Of a stretch of DNA of 64,000 nucleotides, positions 53,001-64,000 are shown one piece after another. The position numbers and the translations under genes are program-made. Source of the DNA: Haplodiscus bocki (lineage: Eukaryota); assembly GCA_965655095.1 (NCBI GenBank), contig OZ296650.1, positions 134,106,001 through 134,170,000 of the forward strand. The letters are read 5' to 3'. The stretch's first letter is position 1. Each line of letters starts with the position of its first letter. The notes under the pieces are model-generated. The model had not been told where the DNA came from. It saw only the letters and a program-made list of their open reading frames with translations, and did not search any database.

Positions 53001-55441
53001 CATTGAGATTCCACCTTCACTAACAGATCCGAAGTAACATCCCAACGGCGTTTAGAGCTCAAGCGAATGCTGCTAATTCCTGAAAAATTACCCACAGCTT
53101 TCAACAACTGGAAAGTGTGGCTAGCGTAATTCGCTTTGGCATTCTTCAAAGTACGCAAATTTGGAGCAACAAATGCTAATCTGTCGTTGGTAGGAACACT
53201 GAGCCGTCCTAGAGACGGGTGCGCAGGCGGGTGAAGATATTGCAGCTGAGACCCATTGTTATGACTGACACAAGTTCCTACAACAAGGCCATATGCCTCA
53301 TGCACACTGACAAAGCCGGAAACATCAAACGCATCCAAGACTTTCATTGGTTTCAAGCAATCGTCTCTTGCACCTCGCAAATGGTTCAAGTAATCAGAGT
53401 TGAACGATGTGAAAGAAGGCAAAAATCCATTTAGAAGGTGGTTGAAACCGATTTGACCGGTTTCTTCAACAAATGTGAAACAACCGAAGGGACATCTACA
53501 ATTTGGATAACATTCACTATCTAAGGCTTCCTCCAAATCAGTGAAAACACCCGAATTTATTTTGTTCAGAAAAACTTGCTTCCGTTTTGTTATATCAACT
53601 AGAACAGCTCGATCAGCCATAGAAACAGCAGGATGCAAATGTTGACACATAGCCCAGCTGTCGCGTATTTCGGGAGGTAAAAAAGAAACAAGTTTTTTCA
53701 TAGTACAATCTCGAATGCTGAGATCTTTCAGTAACGAATGAATAACGGAAGGCCAAGCATACCGCCAAAAATTTCCGTCGTTATTGTAATTGAAACAATT
53801 CTGGCAGACAAAACAGGTACCAGTAGGTCGCAAACCAAATCTCCTTCGTTTCATTGCTTTCTTTTCAAGAATTTGCCATTGCAAAGGATACGCAGCAGTT
53901 GAAATTCGACAACATTTACCGCACATTTCTCTACTTTGTGCTTTGTCGCTTGAAAAAGAGGACTTGAAAACACAATAGTTACTCGAGGCATCCACCTGAC
54001 GACATGCCTTATCTTTCTCCACTATCATTGTGGCTGTTTCATTGTGTGCGGATTGCGTGGATTGAATCTCCTGAGGCAGGGAATTGAAGCAAACGCCTGA
54101 AATGAAAGGATCATAATTAGTACCAATTTTTTCACAATCAAATTTCGCTCCACTGAAAGAATTGTTGCCGGGCAACAAAAGGTCGTTGTGCATACCGCCG
54201 AATCCAACAGAGGATGATGTGAGGCCTTCATCGCTCAAAAGAGGCAAAACCTTAACCTCACAACACGCAGTACATTTTGACGAACAAGTGTTCTTTTGAA
54301 ATGATGTGGAAACCAGATTTTTTTGTAAGGTCGTTTCTCTCAATGAACTCTGGAGGCAACCATCAGGCAATATTTGCTGAGAAATTGGAATTTCTGCAGA
54401 CAACACTGCTACCGTTTCAAAATGATTACCTGCGTGAGTATGTACCAAGAACACAGATGAAACGTCCATTGAAGCACGATCTCCGGCATAGCTATAGACT
54501 ATCCACAATTTTGTCATGCAATGGTAAACGTAAACATCAACCACCGCAATTTGGGCGAAGCCATAGATCTCTAAACAAGTGCCATACACACCACTCGATC
54601 GCATTCCGGAACGATTCAAATATTCGTTCACGTTTGAAGCTGTCTGTACCACAACATTTCCATCAATGGTTGTGTAAATTTCCAAAAAATGCGGAGCAAT
54701 ATCTAGCAAAGGTAAGGCCGAACAAATACGCTGGCGTAACTTTGAATGATACCAAGTTTGTGAACCAATTGACACAGCTAAAGCAGAGAACAAACAATTA
54801 CCGTCACCTGGAACAGGATGAAATTGTGATGGAAGCAAACTGTTCAAAGAATTGGCACCCAACAAATGCGTGTTCAATGGTTTCCCCACAAACGGTACTC
54901 CAAGCTCAATGCAAACTCTCGTCAAATTAGCGTTTGTGCGAGAAAAAGCTGTTGAATTCGGCACGTTTGAGAAAAGACTCATAGTATTGAATGGTGCAGA
55001 AGACAGCGACCGATCAAAAAAGTCTTCACCAACTGATGCTCTCTCCATTGATGATTGGAAACAGGAGCAGTCTTTGCTGCCATAAAAACGCCCACACGTT
55101 ACGCACTTCCTGGGCTCTCTGCAGAATTTCTTTTTTTTTGGCGGGCCAGGGTTGGTTTCTATACCACTTCTCAACAGAAACAAAAGTAACATTCTGCGAG
55201 TCATGGAAACCTCACGAGAATTGCCGACCCTCAAAAACTGCAACTGATCCTGAATTAACACAGAAACATAAAACTCCCCAAAGGTGACATCTGAGCTGAA
55301 CACTTCCACAACATTGTTCACATAAACAGGTCCATCTTTTTCCGAAATTGTCAATAAAGAAGACCAAATCATAAACAAAGTTAAAAAAATTGAGTACACC
55401 ATTTTCTGAAAAAGAGATTTTTCAAGACTCTGTACAGACAC
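47099..55441 (-). pseudogene. B1 polyprotein: leader/2A-like, OTU, Cys-rich region, HUH Rep, Pif1, GIY-YIG; about six frameshifts
   Basis: Seven consecutive ORF fragments carry VPGDGNCLFSAL and GNHFE (OTU), RYEFQDEASGFPHVHAL and SRYLSKY (Rep), GPPGTGKS, GDFRQLPP and QLYVVVSRV (helicase), RRLQEHN and RPWALV (GIY-YIG). Confidence 0.88.
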
Positions 55442-56405
55442 TCAGTGGCGGCGCCTACATCAATGAAACTCATTCAAAGAAGAATTTGATAAAGCCACAT
55501 GCGTTACACAAAAATATTCTGTACAGAGTAAAATAATGTTAGAGCAATTGAATTGAAAAAAGATTCACGGTGTTGAATAATTCAAGTTCAGCAATTAAAC
55601 TACTAATTTTCTCCTAATCGCCGTTTCGTTTTTAATGGCGAAGGTACCATGCATGAATAATTTCAGCAACACTTTGAGTTCTTGAAAAATTGATTACTTA
55701 AATACGGTTCAAATCCAAAACAGAATGAGGACTGTTGGTGTTGTACACCAAACAAAGGAAACTCCTGAGTAAATGTAGTCTCAAGATAATCCTTGCAAAA
55801 TGCAAAAGTGGTGCTTGTTGAACGCCAACCATAAATTGTCCAAACATTTAGCAATTACAAAACACACTCCAACGTACAACGCCCAAAAGAGGTTGAAATC
55901 ATGCAATGGAGACCTGAAAAGTTCGAACACTGGAGATTTCTACGAACAAACATAAAAACGAAAACGAAGGAACGTCAAATTTGGTCAGAACAATAATACG
56001 ATAAAAGCAAAATTTCTGGCAAACAATTCAAATTGAATGCACATATTCGTCAGAACTTTCATTTATTTTTCAAAATGCATGACACGCAATGGAAGTATTC
56101 ATTGCATTCTACAACCAACAAAGAGCCCTAATCCATGATTTAAATTATGTATGACAATTTACTTGATGAGATGTAAAGGTAAGTTTAAAAAATGTAAGTT
56201 ACATAAAAAACGCCTAACTAGTTTAAATTTGTGGTTAGCAGAAAAAACTATCTCATATGGGGTAGAATACGGTCAAAGTGTCAACATCCATCTGTGTGGG
56301 AGCTGTGTAACGTTGTTCGGCGCCTTTTACGCGCAAAAACGATCATTTCCTGAAAAATTATTTTTTATAGAAAAAAATTATCTGTCATTTCCGTCATTTT
56401 TTTCC

Positions 56406-56754
56406 CGTCATATCCGTCATTTTTTTTCTCGTCATTTTGACCGAAAATTTTTGGCCAATCAAAGTCAATTGCCGGTTCAGTTTTGGCATCCTTAGCGAAG
56501 GATAGCTTACGGGAAAAAGTTGGTTTTGGCGATCAAAAATGACGGATTGACGCATTTTTAGCAAAAATCCGAAAATTCATCAGCGCCTATCTCCCATACG
56601 AAAACAGCTGGGCCAAAAAGTTTTGGCATGCAAATTGTTCAAATCATTTGTGCCTCACACACAAAATTTGGGCCAATTGTATCGGGTAGATGTGGAAATA
56701 GAGCGATGAGAAGTCAAAATCGGGGCAGAAAACACGATCATTCCGTCATAACTC
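56406..56754 (+). repeat. Truncated, diverged copy of the subterminal block
   Basis: CGTCATATCCGTCATT ... GGCCAAAAAGTTTTGGCATG ... TTGTGCCTCACAC ... GATCATTCCGTCATAACTC aligns with 23451-23800. First-to-last CGTCAT spacing is 338 nt versus 340 in S2. Confidence 0.75.
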
Positions 56755-56755
56755 A

Positions 56756-57424
56756 TCACGTTGTGAATGGAAAAAGTGGATCGTCCGCTTCTTCTTCCAC
56801 GTCCCTGGAAATGATGCGTGCGGCGACAGTCCACGACGAAACTGAATTCTTTTGTAAGCAAGCGCACACCGTGTCATTTCTGAGAACACGACGGTCGCAC
56901 ATAATTCCAGAACACGTAGGTGATATAATGTTTCCATGCAAAAACAACAAGTTTCTACTGTTCAGAGTGTAATGGAACATTGCTGGTGTGCTGGGTAAGG
57001 AACTAATTGGAATTGGCGGGAAATCTGCATTGGTTACGTTGTTGATAACAACGATCGCCCGATGAGTTTCAATAATCGGATTGTTTCGGTCATTCCCTAA
57101 ACACGTGTTCGAATATATAGGCTCTGTAACCTCTACAACAGAACCAACAGTAAGATGACGATCCGAGAAAAGTTTAGCAGACTTCTGGGCGGAAGCTGAG
57201 ATGACGACAAAACAATCTTTACTATTCCATTGACCAATAATAGCCATTCTGTCATATGTCCCTTCAGGAAGTGGGCGTTTCAATTTTGTAGCTTGAGGTC
57301 TAAACAACTGAAGTGGCCGATCACTCTTTTTCAGGACCAAAACTATCCCCCTTATTACAGTGTTTTGGCTGTTGCGCAGGAAACCCTCGCCTGTAACTTC
57401 AGCAACAGTTACTTGTCTATTCAT
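56756..57424 (-). pseudogene. 3'-truncated copy of the 330-aa accessory gene (B2)
   Basis: Matches the B1 protein up to EEADDPL, then runs into unrelated sequence. Confidence 0.85.
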
Positions 57425-58383
57425 TTCTTAAAGAATGCAAATTGATATATTCCAAACAAGAAAGTACACGATAAAAAAGACATGTCAAGTTTTGCAGTCT
57501 GATTTATTTTAAACGAAAAAACTCCCTATGAAGAAAGAAAAATTTTTGAAGAAAGAAAACTTGAGAAAATCCGTTTCTTTTATCAAAGCCTAGCAACTCT
57601 TCACTGCCGTCTATGGTACACTTTATGTGGAACGAACTGAATCTGCAGCCATTTACCGGGTGTGTCCTCAAAACAGTTTTCCACTCCAAGGCAAAAAATA
57701 GTCGCACACTGAAAACATATAAATTGAAACACAGATAGTACATTAAACTCGACTTCCTCTGAACTATTTCTATTTCCAGAAACAAAACAATTTTCAACAG
57801 ATTCCAGTAAAAAAATCTGGATGCCAAAAGGCTATTAAAATTTGCTAAAAAAGCGTTCAGCTTCAAATAACATCATCAAAATTAGAATCGTACTTCAACT
57901 AAATCAAGGCAAGATCGCCAAATCATTTTTTAAAATCAAAAACCATATGGCAGCACAAGTGCAATTAAACAATAAAACCAAGTCACGACAGAAATGACTG
58001 CAATACAAATGTTCACGCGGTGTTAAAACACCGACGGTCTTCCCAATCATCAAGTTATCTTCATCGAGTTCGCGGTAATTGATGCCTATGCCGATTCGTG
58101 CAACCCACATCTGTTTCTTTTGACCTGCAAAAAACAGATACTCTTGAAAAATTTTGCAAAGGACTTGCTTGTTTTCACGATAAATCGTGAAAACAAGCAA
58201 GTGCTGTTATTGAAGCATGTCAAACTCTCCAGTTAACACTTCCAACTGCGGATTTGGTCTCCAAAAACTTTAAAATATTAACACTGAGTAAAGTGAAGAT
58301 GTTATGCACGAAATTTGTATCTACTCAGTTGCTTCAGATGTTAAATGCATCAACGGAGTAATCACTAACGTTCCGCTTTGCTT

Positions 58384-59019
58384 TCAAAAAATTATGGGAA
58401 AAATATATTGCTGCTTATCCTCCAAATTGTCAATAAAACAAAAACCAAAAGTCAAAACACTAACTTTATTTCGAAGATTATTGCGTCTATTCCGGCAGCG
58501 ACGCAAGGTCAAGTCCTGCAAGCCATTGTTCAACAGCGCTCTAGATAGCATATGATTCTCTAGCACGCTATTCAGGTGCAGATCTTTACTTTCATCTCGT
58601 AAAATTTTGTACCGTTTTGATAAAATTGTTTTCATTTTCAAGAAAATAAATCCTGTTGGACAATTTTCCAAGAGCTCGTTTAAATTATGTGCTCCTGATC
58701 GTGGCAAATAGGAAAAGGCCACGACATTGAAGTTTCACAAGTAGGCCAGTTTACTGAAAAAAGCCTCAGGACTCATTGCCGGATTCTTCTTGCTTGACAA
58801 AGAGTTATTGACAGCATCATGCCAAATGATAACCTTTCTTCCATTCGTGATGCAGAAATTCGATTCAAGGAGATAACATATGTTTTTTTCTGGCTGGCAG
58901 CTATTCAACGAAGCACCCGAAATTGCATAAAATTGTGACTTGAAAGGATCAAAGAGGTGAGGTTTCTCCTGTGCTGCCCAATAAAGGGACGAGGCCGCCA
59001 AAACAAAATATTCAGACAT
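58384..59019 (-). pseudogene. SGNH-fold-like gene (B2) with nonsense mutation
   Basis: AGA in B1 is TGA at 58735-58737; the two ORFs are in the same frame. Confidence 0.6.
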
Positions 59020-60356
59020 AACAACCGGAAACCGAAGGACAATGTATTATCAGAACAAATAAGCGAACAAATCATACTTTATTTTGTTTACTTAGCAATT
59101 GGAAAAACTTACGAAAACTCCAGAATCTCATTTCGTTCATGTCATTTGCTTATTAGACAAAAGACTAAGTCAAACAAAAATTCACATCTGTCACACAGAT
59201 ACAGAGCCGTCAATACAATCATAAATCAGAATTGTTCTTTGAAGAAAGGAAATTTTATGAAAAATACAAATTCCATATACCCGAAGAGTGAAAATTTCAC
59301 CCAAGCAACTCAATATGCACGAAATAAGAGCCCCTCTTCTATCGCTGCCAAAAAGTACATAGTGGTGAAACACTTCAATTCACAAAAGTAACGATCATAA
59401 AAAGGATTCTCAAAAAATAATTGATAGATCGTTCAATGACTTGAAAGAACAAGTGTTTACAGCTTCCGTAACAAGAAATATGGAATGGGTTTGAAGGGTG
59501 CCGCGCTACAAATGAACGCCGCTCCTATCTTCTTCTGTTTAGAGGCCAGTTTGTAGAACATGGGTTGCTGGACAACCCACTCATATACGTTCATCTAGCA
59601 AACAACATTCTCATTCAGAACCCGCGTCGGTGGTTGCTGAGCAACCAGCAGAACAAAACATAAAACCTAAATTGCCTCCGTCAGGTATAAAACAATAAAT
59701 CATTAAATGAGTCACAATTAACATCTAAAACAGCTCACAGTCAATGAGACAATCACAAAATATAAACAACAACATCGCATCGTAGAAACCCCTTCATATT
59801 GTCTTCCAGTTAACATTTTTTCAATAATTTTGTGCACTGATTACCGAACAAAAAGTTAAATCCCTATAGCGTCTGAAATATTGGAGATAATCGCGCGAAA
59901 ACATCAAAACAGCTCCTTCAGTGTAATTTTAGACACACGTCAAAACAAATTGTTGCGGGAAAGGATTGTATGAAACTTTCAATTAACGTGTCATAAAATT
60001 ATGTACGTTATTCCATAAACTATCATAGCATAAAAGTTCGATCACGAATCTAAACAAAGTTAATCTGTGAGTCCAACGAAAATGTGATAAAAAATGAAAA
60101 GAAAATCCCGTTACAAATTATTGTTTTAACAGTTACAACACGTCCTCTTTTTCAAAGGTTGGCTCAAAACTAACAACAAACAATGGCAAACATTCAAATC
60201 AATCAACATGATTCGCTACAAAAACATTTGCTGAAAAGTGGGTTTCGGACAAACCATTGTTCATGAATACTTTGAAATACAATCGGTTTTCTGGATGGCA
60301 ATTTTACAAAAGTCCAAACCCTTGTAGACAATTACATATCAACAATCAAATAAACA

Positions 60357-63300
60357 CTAAAAAATTTGCATGCAATCACATTGCAGGGCTGTTTCGATGC
60401 CCGTAACTTTATACGAATCCATTAAAACATGGCATTCTGATAAGTAATCTGCAAGCGTTAGGTTCACATTCGAATAATTGTGATTAACCATTGCTCTTTG
60501 CCAATCCTGTTCGAAAGAATAACGGCTTCGCGAAACAGCGTTGGAAAACCCCGTCACGTAAGCAACTAAAGCCCAGGGTCTTCTTTCAACAGGCTTTGTG
60601 AATGCGCTCCCATTTCCCGAATTATGCTCCTGCAACCGTCGCCGCAACCTCCTACAGCTTCCAATGTAAAATAGTTCCCGGTGTTTAACACTCACCAACA
60701 AATAACAGTAACCAATTGCCGAAAGGGGTACATCGAAAACACGTAAAGGAAAGGGATAAAATGTCTGGGTCGTTGAAACACCGGAATTACAACTGCCACG
60801 AGACGACAGAAAGTTATTTATCAAAGGTACCAAATGGCTATCTTTGCGGCAAAGAAGATTAATTGCATCAAGTGTCCGCTGCTTGTCGCCGACAAACGTT
60901 ATGTGGGAAAGATCAGCGACCCGACTAACGACTACATAAAGCTGCTCTTTCAGCCAGTAGGAGAATTTTTTACCACCAACAATCTGTGTGGCCAAGCTTG
61001 GAACAGTGTCACCCATTATTTTGTGAACTGTTGACGCTACATACATTTTCAAAGGAAATTGAACACGTCTGCAAACAGTGGAATTGTTATACTTATGGAG
61101 AATGCTAATTCTTTTACGAACAACTACAAGCCTCCAGAAATTAACGTCCGGGTTGTTAGATGACACAGACCTTACTCCGGCTGGTGCAACTCTAACAACA
61201 ATGTGAGGATCAATTTCGTCGAACGATTCAACTAAACACAATTGTCCCTGAAACAGTTTCAGCGATGGCAAATTGCAAGTTAAGCGCAATACACACCCAA
61301 CATGTATAAAGAAAGACTCCGGCTCAAGGCAACTTCTGTTGAGAAACTTGCTGACGGGTGTTGTTGCAGTAACCCAATTTTGAGTTCCTGTATTAGACAT
61401 TTCATCCTTGCATTGGAAAGACACACTCTGTATGTTTTGATGTGTTGTCACAAAAGCTATTCTCTCTTCCACAGCCTCTTTTTCCGCAACTCTAGTACTG
61501 AACACTCTCAAACTATCCAGAGGGACTACAGACCAAGTGCTTACAAAATTACAGAATTTCTCAATTATTTCACAACACTCTTTAGCCATGCTTCTGTCAC
61601 AGGATATTGAGACAGCAAGTCCAGAACTCTCTTTCCTTGTTGGTTCTGCATCCTCACATAGTGCTTCAAATACCGAAGCTCGAAATTAGCTAACATTGAG
61701 TTGCTCAGCAAAAGGAATGTTCCCGTAGGAGGCGGAAGTTGACGAAAATCCCCTGTGGAAATAACAATCTTTCCTCCAAAAGGAAGATTGTTTTCAGATA
61801 CGGCTTGTAACACATTGTCCATCGCGGACCAAAGTTCAGCTGAAATCATTGAAACTTCCTCGACAAATAAAACATCCAACCTCTCCAAAAAAGTAAATTT
61901 AACAGGATCTCGGGCAAGAGTGTTCAATGCATGCGAAACTAAATGACTGACCGTCTCATTTTGAACGATGGGGAAAGGGATTAAAGCGTTTATGTGTCTT
62001 CCGCCGAAAACTGAAGCTCTCTCCGCAGCGACACTAGTTATGACGCATCTCAATCCCCTAGCTAAAGCCGCAATAACACAATGAATCAGCACATGGCTCT
62101 TTCCTGTACCTGGTGGACCAACTATGAACTGATGTTTAATAAAGGCAGTCGTACAAGAACAATAATTGTCGTACAAAGAACAAACCTTATCCAAAATATT
62201 CTGTTGATCATGCAATGATTCGTCAGTCTGGTTGCGCGCTTTATGTATCTTCTGGCTCCAAGTCAAAGGACGTGCTAAGGTGGTGTTCATCAATTCTGCA
62301 TAAGTTGGTAAACCAACATAACCCCCATTGACAATTGCACACAGAAGACTCTCTTTCTGCGCATTTAATTCGTCTGAAATGTTGCTGTCACTCTGCTCCA
62401 CAATACTCTATTCTAAAACGCGCGGTGTTGAGCAGGGAAAAACGACTGAATTATTTTGTGCTGCTTGCTGGATGCACAAATACGCACTTGTAACAAATCG
62501 ATCCAGTAAAGTAGATGATCCTGGATAATAGCGTAATTGTTCAAGCACAAAGCGCCGAACAACATCAATAATTTCGGAATCTTCGCATCCCAAAGGAGAC
62601 CTTGCTAAAGAAGCCTCGAAAAAAGCAGATTTCATATTCGATTGGGAAAAAATGTCAAGTTCGGTTACGTATTCTCCAAGAGACAACAGAATGTGGGTCA
62701 AAAAATTGGTTGTGTTCCTCGGAACAACGTTCGATAAAACTACTTGAGTTTGACAAGCCTTTTTCTCATAAATGAACTTGTGACTTGAACTGCTCGTTGT
62801 ACATGCAATGGCTTCACGACATTGCGTGGAGAAACGAGGGACCCCACTAGAAAAGTTGCGACAGTAGTTGAAAAAAGCTTCTTTGTACAAATAATTAAGG
62901 TATATGCAATAGCCGAGGCCATCCACCCAACAAGATTTAGTTACATTTTTCTTTAGTAAACCTTCTGGTGTCACCTTTAAGGGCTTTCGGAACCGGCTGA
63001 ACCAAGTGAAATAGTTTTCCACTTTGAGCACAAAAGTTAGTTCAGGGGGTCGTACACCAAAAACTGTTATCTTGTCAGGACAAAGAGAACTTTTTTCTGC
63101 ATCAATTATCAGCAGCTTCTGATTTAACGTGAAGCAACGGTGAGGAGGAAAGCCCTTGCTATGTCTAATGGAAATCTGTCGCCCGAAAGGAGGACCTTGA
63201 TTGCTATTAGAGAGTCTGCCCTTCGGTTCAATGACTATTCCAGCCCGTTTCTCTCGCGGGGCAGTGACAACGTGAATGAATTGTATATTGGTCACCACGT

Positions 63301-64000
63301 AAGGAAATCGCAATGACCACCACACGGATTCCGTTAAACTCAAAATGCGAGAGTTCACACACTTTTTCTTCGGCTTTCCCTCCTTGTTCATATTGGTCAA
63401 GTATACCCCAGCAATTTTGTTGTTCACTTGTTGATCAACCTGGAAGTCATACAAATCTGTCCCACTTGACGTAGAAATAGAAACTTCGGTGCGTTCCTCC
63501 ACGCCTGCAACATATTTTGACAGATAACGGCTACTCATGTAAATGTCGCAAATTTGTAGATTGGTGCTAGATCGGACGAGGGCAAAAATTTTGGCGTTTG
63601 TTGGGGAAATGTGCGTGTTAATTTCTGTTGGATAATGATGCTTGCCACCACAAAGACGCTGATCAATGGTGACGGAACAATCAAAATCACTCGACTCAGC
63701 TAATCCGATCTTCTTCAAAACTGCTATCGTTTCCTCCGACAAATCCTTGTGAATACATTTGTAGGTAAAACTAGCACAAGGAGGGTATTTGGGCACTCGG
63801 CAGATTTTTTCTTTCAATTTGTCTGTTTTTTTCTGACAACGAAATTTAGCTTTAAAACAGCTGTGTGATTGGTAACGGTTGAACAGATCTCGTAACTCGT
63901 TCAAATCGTCCAAACTATATTTGTGCGAACCAACTTCAGTCAATAAGTTCCCCAGAAAAGTTGTTGCTGAGCAACAAACTCTAGACCTTACTGCTTCACT
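60357..64000 (-). pseudogene. B2 polyprotein C-terminal part: Rep end, Pif1, GIY-YIG
   Basis: ORFs 62408-63943, 61565-62401 and 60357-61589. CAG to TAG at 62408-62410 and a frameshift at ~61590. GIY-YIG is intact (GYCYLL...FYIGS...RRLQEHN). Confidence 0.88.

Larger units (their letters stand above)
42027..56774 (-). mobile_element. Helentron/Helitron-like element family B, copy B1 (genes on - strand, right terminus truncated)
   Basis: Starts immediately after CCAGTGGAGGCA with AAGGTACCGTTCGCTAGAAAGGC, resembling the A start ACGGTGAAATTTACTAGATGGC. Same gene set as A. Partial subterminal block at 56406-56754. Confidence 0.75.
56775..64000 (-). mobile_element. Family B copy B2 (partial; left end deleted, runs off the window)
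   Basis: Collinear with B1 from ~43535 (offset ~13,240) and visibly more diverged from B1 than A1 is from A2. Confidence 0.85.

Noticed and set aside
1-64000. Tyrosine/serine recombinase, DDE integrase, capsid, rRNA or tRNA genes; host species assignment
   Set aside because: No supporting motifs recognised, and the host cannot be determined from this sequence alone.

Overview
AT-rich eukaryotic DNA (spliceosomal GT-AG introns present). From about 4.4 kb onward the window is one head-to-tail train of rolling-circle (Helitron/Helentron-like) elements of different types. Order: right end of unit S1 (to 5005), S2 (5006-6049), S3 (6050-7094), A1 (7095-24032), A2 (24033-40981), S4 (40982-42026), B1 (42027-~56774) and B2 (~56775 to beyond 64000). 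All six intact junctions read CCAGTGGAGGCA followed by (C/A)(C/A)GGT, and each intact unit ends in a collinear ~583-bp subterminal block. Families A (+ strand) and B (- strand) encode the same ~2,700-aa polyprotein: OTU protease, Cys-rich unknown region, HUH Rep, Pif1-type helicase and SLX1-like GIY-YIG nuclease. It is followed by an SGNH-hydrolase-like gene and a conserved ~330-aa Cys-cluster gene. Every polyprotein copy has stops or frameshifts. Family B has a 2A-like (GIETNPGP) leader, and its gene cassette is inverted relative to the termini. The first ~4.4 kb and the first ~3.4 kb of the A elements are unidentified, possibly decayed coding DNA. Domain calls come from motif recognition by eye; no database searches were run.
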